Made by a program: the position numbers and the translations under genes. Shown one piece after another: positions 8,984 to 18,267 of a stretch of DNA of 45,951 bases. Every line of letters starts with the position of its first letter. Positions within the stretch are counted from its first letter, which is position 1. The notes beneath the pieces were generated by a model. It searched no databases. It was not told the DNA's origin and saw nothing but the letters and a program-made list of their open reading frames with translations. The stretch comes from Phycisphaerales bacterium (GTDB taxonomy: Bacteria > Planctomycetota > Phycisphaerae > Phycisphaerales > UBA1924), in assembly GCA_011053195.1 (NCBI GenBank), contig DRKT01000155.1, forward strand, positions 1 through 45,951, written 5' to 3'.

Positions 8984-10312
8984 TCAGGGCAACGCCTGCA
9001 CGATGTCAGCGAAGCGATGCCCGAGCTCGATCATGCTCGGTTCGTCGTAGTGGATGCCGTCCGGCAGCATGCCCAGATCGTCCGTGTCGATCCAGTACAC
9101 GTTCGGCAGATTCATCGCCACGTTCACCTGCGCATCACGCACCATCTGGGCGTGCGGCTGGCCCGCATCATGGATGCGCCCGAGGATGAACGGCATGTTC
9201 GGAAGCCCCGTGAACAGACGCATGCTCGCTATGAACCGCGACAGGTTCCGCTCGTAGTACCTCGCACGGTATCGCTTGTCTGCATCGGACTCGCCCTGCA
9301 TCCAGAGGAAGCCCTTGATGTCATACTCATAGCCCATCGCTGTGAGTTCGTTCAGCGCGCTGCTCACCTGAACCTGAAGCTCGTTCCACAGCGGCCCGCC
9401 ATCGGGATAGAGCCTCCAAGGCGTGGTCCACTGGCTGAACATGTCCGTCCCGCCGACCGCGAACTTGATGATGATGATCTGCTCGTCCGGGTAGAGCATT
9501 GACATGTCGGAACCGAAGCTCAACTCCGGGCCGTAGTAGAAGGCCGGCGCGTCGGACGAGCAGCTCGCCCCGGAGGTCCCGGTCTGGAGTGCTGTGAATC
9601 CCGGGTTGAGATCGTTGCCCCAATACATCTGGACCTGATCAAGAGCACTCGACCACATCGGATCGACATTGCGCACGTCGTCGCACCCGGCCATGTTGGA
9701 CTGCCCGGCCATGATGAACACCTTCAGCCCGCCCGTCGGCTCCACCGGCTTCGGATCGAGCCGGACATTGCGCAGCGCGAACATCTCGTCCGTCGCCGAC
9801 AGCGTGTCACCCACGATCCGAATGTCGGTGACATCGGCTAGGATCGCCTGAATCTCCTCGGCGGTCGCATTTCGCTTGTGCCCGACCAGTCTCCACGGAA
9901 CGCTCTCATCCAAAGGCAGCGAATACGCATAAAACACGCCCGGCTGAGCCGGGGTCTGGAGCGGAATCTTGATCGTCAGCGAGCCCATCGGCGTGTCGCC
10001 CGAGATCCGGACCTTCGGCGTGCTCGGGGCATAGATCGGGGCCGATGTCATCATCTCGAAAGAAAACGTCCCCTGATACGCCGCCGAGATGTTGCCCTTG
10101 TACTTCGAGGGCGCTTTGAATGCCATCAGCCCGTAGTGAATGTCAAACTGGGAAATCATGCCCGTTTCATGGATCACCGGCGCATGCTTGTTCGCCACCG
10201 TCACCCACCCATCGGCATCATTGGCGAAATCGCTCACCGCGATCTGAGCCCCGGCCGGGGAACACACCGCAACAACCGCCCACAGAACCATTCGACGATA
10301 CACGGATCTCAT
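8984..10312 (-). CDS. Secreted sialate O-acetylesterase-like (SASA/SGNH) carbohydrate esterase with an extra N-terminal domain
   Basis: GAGGGA lies 7 nt upstream of the second ATG (10312), with signal peptide MRSVYRRMVLWAVVAVCSPAGAQ. The SASA signature is VFIMAGQSNMAG, plus WMQGESD and a C-terminal DGIHYD. Confidence 0.8.
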   Translation of the reverse strand: MRSVYRRMVLWAVVAVCSPAGAQIAVSDFANDADGWVTVANKHAPVIHETGMISQFDIHYGLMAFKAPSKYKGNISAAYQGTFSFEMMTSAPIYAPSTPKVRISGDTPMGSLTIKIPLQTPAQPGVFYAYSLPLDESVPWRLVGHKRNATAEEIQAILADVTDIRIVGDTLSATDEMFALRNVRLDPKPVEPTGGLKVFIMAGQSNMAGCDDVRNVDPMWSSALDQVQMYWGNDLNPGFTALQTGTSGASCSSDAPAFYYGPELSFGSDMSMLYPDEQIIIIKFAVGGTDMFSQWTTPWRLYPDGGPLWNELQVQVSSALNELTAMGYEYDIKGFLWMQGESDADKRYRARYYERNLSRFIASMRLFTGLPNMPFILGRIHDAGQPHAQMVRDAQVNVAMNLPNVYWIDTDDLGMLPDGIHYDEPSMIELGHRFADIVQALP

Positions 10313-10465
10313 CGAGCATTCCCTCATGTATGAACTTGACCGCTTCTCTTCGCTGTGTGAATCACGACAATCAGCCCGCTCAAGGCAGGGCTTTGCCTCA
10401 CAGCAAGACTACCTCGATCCCGGTTCCGCACAATGGAATGGTCAGTTTATGAAGAGTTTTATGTA

Positions 10466-10497
10466 TTATCGGTCAGCGTGAAATGCGGTTATCGGTC
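10466..10497. repeat. Direct repeat TTATCGGTC x2 (start-to-start spacing 23 nt) in an AT-rich intergenic patch
   Basis: Copies at 10466-10474 and 10489-10497, just downstream of the putA stop and upstream of the esterase gene. Confidence 0.5.
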
Positions 10498-10507
10498 GGC
10501 TCCCGAC

Positions 10508-13500
10508 TCACAGCTCCGGCGCAAATCCCCGCCGCATCGTGTTCTCGCAGATCGCGCGTGGCTCGACGAACTGGAGCAGGTAGTCCGCGCCGCCCGCCTT
10601 GGACCCCACGCCGGAAAGCCCGAACCCGCCGAAGGGTTGGCGACCGACCAGCGCGCCCGTACAGCCCCGGTTGATGTACAGATTCCCGACCCGGAACTCG
10701 CGCTTGGCCCGCTCGATGTGCCTCGGCATCCGGCTGAACACACCGCCCGTGAGCTTGTAGCTGTGCGTGTTGGCGATATCCAGCGCCTCGTCAAACGACC
10801 CCGCGTGCATGATCGCCAGGACCGGGCCGAATATCTCCTCCCGCGCGATCCGGTGCCCCGGCTGAACCCCCGTGAAAATATGAGGTGGGATGTAGTTTCT
10901 CGGCCGAACCGTGCCCGACGTGTGATCACCGGCGATCTCTGGAAAATCATCCGAACCCAGCACAAGCCGCGCACCGTCGGCAAGCCCCGCTTCGATCATG
11001 CTCCTGATCTTGTCGGCGGCATCATCATCGATCACCGGCCCGACATCGCACGACGCACTGTCCGGCGACGCCACCACCAGCGCCCGCGTTGCCTCCACAA
11101 GGCGTTCTGTGAAACGCCCGACGTGCGGCCCGCTCGGCCCCTTCGGATCAACCACGATGCACCGGGAGCACGCCGAGCATTTCTGCCCCTGGAATCCGAA
11201 CGCCGAGTGCCGAACCCCGAGCACCGCCTCGTCCAGATCCGCCGAAGTGTCGATGATGATCGCGTTCTTCCCGCCCATCTCGCAGACCACCTTCTTGACG
11301 TGCATCTGCCCTTCGGGCGTCACACCGGCCGCCTGGATGATGTCCAGCCCCACCGCCTTCGAGCCGGTGAATGCGATGATCGCGGTCCGCGGGTCGCGCA
11401 CAAGCGCCGCCCCGACCGTCTCCCCCCGGCCGGGCAGAAACTGAAGAATGTCCGACGCCCTCGGCGAAACCGACTTGATGGCGTGGTGAAAGATCATCGC
11501 CATCTCGTGGGCAATGCCTGCCGTCTGCTCCGCGGGCTTGACAATGACCGTGTTGCCCGTCACCAAAGCCGCTGCCGTCATCCCGCAGCAGATCGCCAGC
11601 GGGAAGTTCCACGGGCTGATGACCACCGCAACACCCCGCGGCTGGTACACCGTCTCGTCCAGCTCGCCGATGAATCGGCCTAGGCGCTTGCGCACGAACA
11701 ACTGCGGCGCCATCCTCGCGTAATACTCACAAAAGTCGATTGCCTCGCAGACATCCGCGTCCGCCTCGCGCCACGACTTGCCTGCCTCTTTCACCATGAT
11801 CCCCGCCAACTCATCGCGCCGGGCCCGCATCATCTCCGCAGCACGAATCAGCACACGCGCCCGATCCGTGGCGTCGGCATCACGCCACGCCGGAAACGCC
11901 GCATGCGCCCGGTCCATGGCGGACTTTGCATCGGCCTCGGTCGCCCGCGTGCTGTCGATCTCGGGCACGGCCGCATGCGCAAGCGCCCGCGCAAAGGCCT
12001 GCCTCTGCTCGGCCTGGGCAAAGTCGCGCATCGGTTCATTGAAGAAAGGCTTGCCATCACCGAGCCCCTCAACCGCCGGGGAAAGGTGGTGCCTCTCCGG
12101 CGCCACCTCCGCCAGGTCCGGCTTGGGCTCACCCCGCGCCAGCATCCGCGGATCGGCGAGCAACTCCTCCGGGCTTGCGTCATGCGCAAAGCCCGCCACA
12201 AGCCACGACTCGTTGGACGTATTCTCAAGCAGACGACGCACAAGGTACGCCATCCCTGGGATCATCTCGCCGACGGGGATGTATTCACGGATCCGCAGCC
12301 CCGGCCCCTTCTCGGCATCGGCAGCCGCATACTTCAGTTCGTCCGCCATCCCGTGAAGCATCTGGAGCTCCAGCGCGTTTTGGGGCAAGCCCCTCGCCCG
12401 AAGCCCGGCCAGCGCATACGCGATCGAACGGATGTTGTGCGAACCCAGCGCCAGCTTGATACCGCCCTCATCGCGCGTCCTCGGCATCGCATCGAGAAAG
12501 ATATCGACCATCTCCTCGAAACACGCATCGGTCTGCCACTTCTCGTTCCACACCGGACAAGGCCAGCCCATCTCCTCCGCGTGGATCGTTTCATAGTCCC
12601 AATACGCACCCTTGATCAATCGCACCGACACCTGACGCCCGTTCTCTACCGCCCATCGGCACAGATCGCGCGCATCGGCCGGCCCCGACTTCAGGTACGC
12701 CTGAATCGCGATGCCCGCATGGAAATCGTGCTTCAGACAGCACCGCTTGAACAGCTCGATCGTCAGGTCCTTGAGCTCGAACTGCTCCATGTCGAAGTTG
12801 ATGAAGACATCGTGTTCCACTGCCGAGCGAAGCACCGGATCGAGCCGGGCCATCAAACCCGCGATCGAGCCTTCCGTGTCGATCGGATCAACCTTGGCCG
12901 CCAGTGATGAGATCTTGATCGAGACATTGCACCGCGAGATCGGCCCGAGGTGGTCCGTCTCGATCTGCGCATTGGGCGCCCACGACGCGACTTCCGCCGG
13001 CAGGTTCTGGATCAGGTCCAGATATTTCTCGAGATACTCGTCCGCCTCCGCCTCCGACACGCATGCCTCGCCGAGCAGGTCAACCGAGAACCCGATGGAG
13101 TTGTCCCACAGCTTGCGGAGCCTCGGCTGGGCACTGCTCGCGTCCGTCCCGGCTATGAACTTGGATGCCATCGACTTGATCTGCGACGAGATCGTCTTCG
13201 CCATAATCCCCTTGGCGATCCCACCCGCGCGAAGCCCGAGGTCCATCCCCGGCGGCAACGTCACCCCCGGCTGGCTCAGATAATCCACGAGATGCTCGTG
13301 CACCTGCTCCGGCGTCGTCAGCATCGGAAAGACATCGACGAACCGAAAGAGCTGGACCTTGAACTCGGGGTCCTTCATCGACCAGCTCATCAGTTTGTCC
13401 GAATAGAACTTGGCACTGAAGATGCCGGCCTTGCCTGTTCTGGCCAGATCCAGGAGCTCCGTCCCGATCTCGAAGATCTCTCGCTCGCGGTCCACCGAAA

Positions 13501-13567
13501 CATCGCGCCGGTCCGAAGTGTCCACACCAACCGGCCCGGCCGTCTGCTTGCGAGTGAACCACGCCAT
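10508..13567 (-). CDS. putA: Bifunctional proline dehydrogenase / L-glutamate gamma-semialdehyde (P5C) dehydrogenase
   Basis: The N-terminal PRODH barrel has ISIKISSL, NFDMEQ, AIQAYL and RLIKGAYWDYE. The C-terminal ALDH has EMGGKNAIIID and GFQGQKCSACSR. GGAGG lies 9 nt upstream of the ATG at 13567. Confidence 0.9.
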   Translation of the reverse strand: MAWFTRKQTAGPVGVDTSDRRDVSVDREREIFEIGTELLDLARTGKAGIFSAKFYSDKLMSWSMKDPEFKVQLFRFVDVFPMLTTPEQVHEHLVDYLSQPGVTLPPGMDLGLRAGGIAKGIMAKTISSQIKSMASKFIAGTDASSAQPRLRKLWDNSIGFSVDLLGEACVSEAEADEYLEKYLDLIQNLPAEVASWAPNAQIETDHLGPISRCNVSIKISSLAAKVDPIDTEGSIAGLMARLDPVLRSAVEHDVFINFDMEQFELKDLTIELFKRCCLKHDFHAGIAIQAYLKSGPADARDLCRWAVENGRQVSVRLIKGAYWDYETIHAEEMGWPCPVWNEKWQTDACFEEMVDIFLDAMPRTRDEGGIKLALGSHNIRSIAYALAGLRARGLPQNALELQMLHGMADELKYAAADAEKGPGLRIREYIPVGEMIPGMAYLVRRLLENTSNESWLVAGFAHDASPEELLADPRMLARGEPKPDLAEVAPERHHLSPAVEGLGDGKPFFNEPMRDFAQAEQRQAFARALAHAAVPEIDSTRATEADAKSAMDRAHAAFPAWRDADATDRARVLIRAAEMMRARRDELAGIMVKEAGKSWREADADVCEAIDFCEYYARMAPQLFVRKRLGRFIGELDETVYQPRGVAVVISPWNFPLAICCGMTAAALVTGNTVIVKPAEQTAGIAHEMAMIFHHAIKSVSPRASDILQFLPGRGETVGAALVRDPRTAIIAFTGSKAVGLDIIQAAGVTPEGQMHVKKVVCEMGGKNAIIIDTSADLDEAVLGVRHSAFGFQGQKCSACSRCIVVDPKGPSGPHVGRFTERLVEATRALVVASPDSASCDVGPVIDDDAADKIRSMIEAGLADGARLVLGSDDFPEIAGDHTSGTVRPRNYIPPHIFTGVQPGHRIAREEIFGPVLAIMHAGSFDEALDIANTHSYKLTGGVFSRMPRHIERAKREFRVGNLYINRGCTGALVGRQPFGGFGLSGVGSKAGGADYLLQFVEPRAICENTMRRGFAPEL

Positions 13568-13656
13568 CGTGTCAGCCCTCCGTGCCATGAAGAAGTGTCG
13601 GCCCGGATTGTAGACCTTTCGGCCCGCTTCACAGAGCACGTCGGCGCTAACCTTCC

Positions 13657-14607
13657 ATGATGCGGGAACCGGCGTGCGTGCTGATGATCGGAAACTTCGA
13701 TGGGTGCCACCTCGGCCACCGCGCCCTTATCGGCCGCGCCCGAGCCATCGCCGACGACGCCCGTCTCCGCGTCCTCGCCATGAGTTTCGACCCGCACCCG
13801 GCCGAGGCCCTCGGGCAGACTCCGCCACCCAGACTCACCATGTGGAATCGCCGCGTCTCGATCCTCCATAGCCTCGGTGTCGATGAGGTCATCCGTCTGG
13901 AACCGACGCACGGCCTGCTCGGGCTCGATCCCGAACAGTTCATCGAATCCCGCATCGCCCCACTCCACGTCCGCCACATCGTCGAAGGCCACGATTTCCG
14001 TTTCGGACGAAATCGCGCCGGCGATCTCGGTGTTCTGCGCGCCCTCGGCGAGGGTTTCGGATTCGCTGTCCACGAGATCGGCCCTGTCCCGGGCGTGCTC
14101 ATGGACCACGCCGAGGTGCTCGTTTCCAGCACGCTCATCCGCTGGCTGATCGAGCAGGGCCGGGTCCGCGATGCTGCAAGGCTCCTCGGCCGCCCGCACA
14201 TCGTTGAGGGCACCGTCGAACGCGGCGACCGGCTCGGTCGAACCATCGGATTCCCCACCGCCAACATGCAGTGCCACACCATGCCCCCGGGCGATGGGGT
14301 CTACGCCGGCTGGGCGGAACTTCCCGATGGCTCACGCCACCCGGCCGCGATCAGCATGGGCTCCCGCCCGACGGTCAACGGAAAAGAAGACCGATTCGAG
14401 ACGTTCATCATCGACGCCGAGCGCTCGGGCGCCTGCATCGCCGGCCTGCCCGAATATGGCTGGACGCTGGCTGTGCACCTGATCGCCCGCATCCGTGACC
14501 AGGCCCGCTTCGGCTCGGTTGATATGCTCAAAGACCAGCTCGCACGCGACTGCCGGCGGGCCAGAACCCTGCTCGAACAACGACAACCCGCTGGAGCCAA
14601 CGCATGA
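13657..14607 (+). CDS. ribF: Bifunctional riboflavin kinase / FMN adenylyltransferase
   Basis: N-terminal IGNFDGCHLGHRALI, a FDPHP motif, and a riboflavin kinase region GFPTANM...GVYAG. Confidence 0.92.
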   Translation: MMREPACVLMIGNFDGCHLGHRALIGRARAIADDARLRVLAMSFDPHPAEALGQTPPPRLTMWNRRVSILHSLGVDEVIRLEPTHGLLGLDPEQFIESRIAPLHVRHIVEGHDFRFGRNRAGDLGVLRALGEGFGFAVHEIGPVPGVLMDHAEVLVSSTLIRWLIEQGRVRDAARLLGRPHIVEGTVERGDRLGRTIGFPTANMQCHTMPPGDGVYAGWAELPDGSRHPAAISMGSRPTVNGKEDRFETFIIDAERSGACIAGLPEYGWTLAVHLIARIRDQARFGSVDMLKDQLARDCRRARTLLEQRQPAGANA

Positions 14608-15650
14608 GTGCCTGGGAAACGAACGCCTCGATCAAAGAAATCGCCGATTGGCTCGCCGACAAGCAACGCATCGTCGTACTCACGCACTCGAGACCGGATG
14701 GCGATGCCGTCGGTTCCTCGCTGGCAACGGTCCGCAGCCTGAACCGGGCCACGAAAACCCGCCGGGCCTCGGTCTGGTACACCGGCAGCACGCCGTGGTG
14801 GCTCAAAGAACTTGCGGGCGACGCGCCCTACCACGCACTCGAAGGTCACGACAACATCGACATCGAGCCCGACGCCATTGTCGTGGTTGACACCGGCTCA
14901 TGGAAACAGCTCGAAGGCCTCGCCGATTTCGTCCGAAACCGAACCGCGATCACAACGGTCATCGACCACCATCTCAACGGCGACCCGGACATGGCGCCAA
15001 GACTCCATATCTCGAAAGAATCCGCTGCAGCCGTCCAGCCCGTCTGCCAGCTTGCCACCGAACTGCTCCATCTCGAATGCCCGCGCGACCTGCCGACCAA
15101 TATCGCCGAGCTGATCTACGCCGGGCTTGCCACCGACACCGGCTGGTTCCGCCACGCCAGCGTCCGCCCCGCCGTCTTCAGGCTCGCGGCCGATCTGCTC
15201 GACGCCGGAGTCGACCATGCCGCCATCTACGCCCTCGTCGAGCAGCACGACCGCGCCTCCCGGCTCCGCGCGATGGCGGCTGCACTGGCGACGCTCGAAC
15301 TGCACGATCGTGACCGCATCGCCACCATGGAACTCACCAGAGAGGCCATCCACGCCGCGGGCGCCGGCCCCGCCGACACCGGAGGCTTCAGCGAACTCGG
15401 ACTCAAAATCGCCAGCGTCCGCGTCTCGGCCACTCTCACCGAGGTCGAAACATCGAAAGAAGATCCGGCGACCAAAATCAGCATGCGATCGAAGGCCGGT
15501 TCAAACATGGTCAATGTCAACCTTGTCGCCCAAGCCCTCGGCGGCGGCGGACACGCCAACGCCGCCGGCGCCAAACTCCCATACACCATCCAGGAATCCA
15601 AACGCCGACTCCTTGATGCACTCGAACACGCAACCAAGGCAACCAAATGA
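14604..15650 (+). CDS. nrnA: DHH/DHHA1 phosphoesterase (NrnA-like oligoribonuclease/pAp phosphatase)
   Basis: HSRPDGDAVGSS (DHH motifs I/II), DHH in VIDHHLN, and the DHHA1 motif GGGGHANAAGA. There is a 4-nt ATGA overlap with ribF. Confidence 0.85.
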   Translation: MSAWETNASIKEIADWLADKQRIVVLTHSRPDGDAVGSSLATVRSLNRATKTRRASVWYTGSTPWWLKELAGDAPYHALEGHDNIDIEPDAIVVVDTGSWKQLEGLADFVRNRTAITTVIDHHLNGDPDMAPRLHISKESAAAVQPVCQLATELLHLECPRDLPTNIAELIYAGLATDTGWFRHASVRPAVFRLAADLLDAGVDHAAIYALVEQHDRASRLRAMAAALATLELHDRDRIATMELTREAIHAAGAGPADTGGFSELGLKIASVRVSATLTEVETSKEDPATKISMRSKAGSNMVNVNLVAQALGGGGHANAAGAKLPYTIQESKRRLLDALEHATKATK

Positions 15651-16426
15651 ACACCCGGCCTCGAAGACGGTCCGGTCAACGCAACGAAAGACCACCACTC
15701 TCAGTCTTCCCTACCACGCTCTGGCAATACCCAAGCCAGCACTACAACGCCAGCGATGGCTCCCGCCAACAAGGCTCAAAGCACTACGCCGGCGCCACGC
15801 CGAGCTGGGTCATCTGGCAACTGCTCTCCAGATACACACGCCCCGGCGACACCGTCCTCGATCCCATGTGCGGCTCGGGCACCACGATCGACGTCTGCAA
15901 CGACCTCGGCCGAACAGGCATCGGCTTCGACCTCGCCCCCTCGCGCGAGGACATCATCCGCGCCGACGCCCGCAACCTGCCTCAAGATGCTGCCAGCGTG
16001 GACTTCGTGTTCGTCGATCCGCCCTACTCGACCCACATCAACTACTCAGACGACCCCGACTGCATCGGCAAGCTCAGCGCCGCCGGCGATGACCGGGGCC
16101 AAGCCTACTACACCGCCATGGAACAGGTCATCGCCGAGATCCACCGCGTGCTCAGGCCGAAACGGTACATGGCGCTCTATGTCAGCGATTCGTGGGAAAA
16201 ACGCAAGGGCAAGCCCGCCGGCGCGGTGCTCGGCGGCCCCTTCATGCCCATCGGGTTCGAACTCTTCGCCCGCCTGCGCCGGCACTTCGAACCCGTCGAC
16301 ATCATCTCGGTCGTCCGAAAAAACGACAAGATCACCCGCGGCAACTGGCGCAAAGCCGCCGTCGAAGGCAACTTCTTCCTCCGCGGCTTCAACTACTGCT
16401 TCATCATGAAAAAAGGCGAATCCTGA
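15647..16426 (+). CDS. SAM-dependent N4/N6-type (DPPY) methyltransferase, orphan, with motif order I then IV
   Basis: Motif I is VLDPMCGSGTT and motif IV is VFVDPPYS about 55 aa downstream, followed by RVLRPKRYMALYVSD. There is a 4-nt ATGA overlap with nrnA. No nuclease gene is adjacent. Confidence 0.8.
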   Translation: MNTRPRRRSGQRNERPPLSVFPTTLWQYPSQHYNASDGSRQQGSKHYAGATPSWVIWQLLSRYTRPGDTVLDPMCGSGTTIDVCNDLGRTGIGFDLAPSREDIIRADARNLPQDAASVDFVFVDPPYSTHINYSDDPDCIGKLSAAGDDRGQAYYTAMEQVIAEIHRVLRPKRYMALYVSDSWEKRKGKPAGAVLGGPFMPIGFELFARLRRHFEPVDIISVVRKNDKITRGNWRKAAVEGNFFLRGFNYCFIMKKGES

Positions 16427-16435
16427 CCAGCGCCA

Positions 16436-18265
16436 TCAGCTCCCCTCGTTGACGGCCCGCTCCCTGCCCTCGGAGATCTTCGCCCGAAGTTCGTGCGTGC
16501 TGTCGTGGAACCCGCCGAGATCCGAGCCGCCCATGTTGATCTTGATCACACCCTTCTTCGGGTCCCGCTTGGCCGAGACCCAGTTGTCCAGAAGCATCGT
16601 CTCCAGCGTGGCGTAGCACTGCTGCACTGTCAACTCGGCGCCGGGCGTATTCTCACTCCGGCGTGTGATCATCTCGAACGCCTTGTTGATCTCATGAATA
16701 TCAGAATACTTCTGGAGCACATCCATCACCTTGGCGTAGTAGCCCACGCGCGGGATCATGCGGTGCCCGCGCCGGTACGCCTCGACCTTGTGCACCTTGC
16801 CGTTGTTGTAGACCGGGATGGTTTCCTTCTTCGCACCGGTCAGGTTGAGCTTAAAGATGTTGTACTGCGAGAGCTCCCACCGCACCTCGTCGTCCTTGGT
16901 AAACCGCCGGGCGATCTCCTTGACCGCCAGCAGATCCAGCCCGCCTAGCCCCGGCAGAAAGAAATCTTCATCAGAAAATCCGCCAAGACTGAGCCAACGG
17001 AACGCCTCCTTCGGATCCATCTTCAATCCAGCCGACTTGGCGATGTCCTTCGTGTGCTCCTCGAGATCGGTAAACTGACCGTTCGAGGCGTACCAAAAAT
17101 CGGCAAAGCGGATGTACTGCTTGATCCGATTCACCTGCGTCGTCTCGTGGCTGCGCTTGAGCCACTTCATCTCGCCGAACCCCTCGTGCTCCGCGAGAAT
17201 GATGTACGCCACCTCGCGGGCCGCCGAGTGCGTCAGCGTCAATCCGCCCGCGAGCACCGGGTCGGCAAAGCCGGCCGATTCGCCGACCAGAAACCAGTTC
17301 TCCCCCACAATCTTGTCCGCGATGAACGACCAGTCCTTCGTCGTGCGCACCATCCCGTCCGGGGCCGCGTTCTTGCACAGCTCCTGTACGCGAGGCTCCT
17401 GCTTGAGCGCCTGATCGTACAGCTCCGCCGGCGTCAGCCCCGTCTTCTTGTAGTGCTCCACCGGGCAGATGTACCCGATGCTTGTCCGCGTCGGCCCGAG
17501 CGGGATGAACCAGATCCAGCCCGACGCGATCGACAACACCTGCACCCGCGTCCCGCCGACACCAATCTCCACTGCCCAATCCGCATTAGACCAGTAATCC
17601 CACACCGCCATGTTCTTGAGCTGCGTCGGCACCTCGACCCCGACCCCGAGCCCTCGCCGGAGCACCCCCGTGTAGCCCGAGCAATCGAGATAATGCTTCG
17701 CGCGAATCGTGTCGCCGGCGTTGGTCGAGATCGAGTTGATCCGGCCGCCCTCGTGGTCGACGCCCGTCACCTGCGTCCCCTCGCGCACTTCGCACCCAAG
17801 CTCGGCCGCATGGTCCAGCAAAATCTGGTCGTACCGCGCCCGCTCGACCTGAAAGGCCGTAAAAAGCCTCTGCCCAGCGAACTTCGCCGGCCTTGGCTCA
17901 TCGTGAAACTTGTCCAGCGGCAGAAACTCGAAATCCCACAAATCAGGCGACGAGCCCCAGCGGTACGTCGCGCCGACCTTGATCGGAAAGTTCGCCGCCT
18001 CGACCTTGTCCCATACGCCCATCTCGTTCAGGATCGGGCCGATCGGAGGAAGCTGGCTCTCGCCGACGTGCTCCCTCGGAAACTTCTCCTTTTCCAGAAT
18101 CAGCACGCTGATATCCGGGTTGTACTTCCTGATCAGCGAGCCCGCGGTCGAACCGGCAGGACCACCACCAACCACAACGACATCAACACGTTGCTCGCCC
18201 ACAGCCTCTCCCCGCTTGCTCCGACAGATCACCGGAGCCCAGAAACAACTCCAAACAACATACAC
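16436..18265 (-). CDS. FAD-dependent oxidoreductase with a flavin-dependent (tryptophan-type) halogenase signature
   Basis: VVVVGGGPAGS (GxGxxG) and GWIWFIPL (WxWxIP). The start is ambiguous: GTG at 18265, or more likely GTG at 18202 (VGEQRVDVVVVGGG) preceded by GGAGAGG. Confidence 0.8.
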   Translation of the reverse strand: MYVVWSCFWAPVICRSKRGEAVGEQRVDVVVVGGGPAGSTAGSLIRKYNPDISVLILEKEKFPREHVGESQLPPIGPILNEMGVWDKVEAANFPIKVGATYRWGSSPDLWDFEFLPLDKFHDEPRPAKFAGQRLFTAFQVERARYDQILLDHAAELGCEVREGTQVTGVDHEGGRINSISTNAGDTIRAKHYLDCSGYTGVLRRGLGVGVEVPTQLKNMAVWDYWSNADWAVEIGVGGTRVQVLSIASGWIWFIPLGPTRTSIGYICPVEHYKKTGLTPAELYDQALKQEPRVQELCKNAAPDGMVRTTKDWSFIADKIVGENWFLVGESAGFADPVLAGGLTLTHSAAREVAYIILAEHEGFGEMKWLKRSHETTQVNRIKQYIRFADFWYASNGQFTDLEEHTKDIAKSAGLKMDPKEAFRWLSLGGFSDEDFFLPGLGGLDLLAVKEIARRFTKDDEVRWELSQYNIFKLNLTGAKKETIPVYNNGKVHKVEAYRRGHRMIPRVGYYAKVMDVLQKYSDIHEINKAFEMITRRSENTPGAELTVQQCYATLETMLLDNWVSAKRDPKKGVIKINMGGSDLGGFHDSTHELRAKISEGRERAVNEGS

Positions 18266-18267
18266 GA

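Noticed and set aside
10433-11683. A 416-aa plus-strand ORF antisense to putA (and similar ORFs at 11903-12907 and 12950-13660)
   Set aside because: These are antisense shadows of a gene with unambiguous PRODH and ALDH motifs. Their composition is R/P/H-rich.
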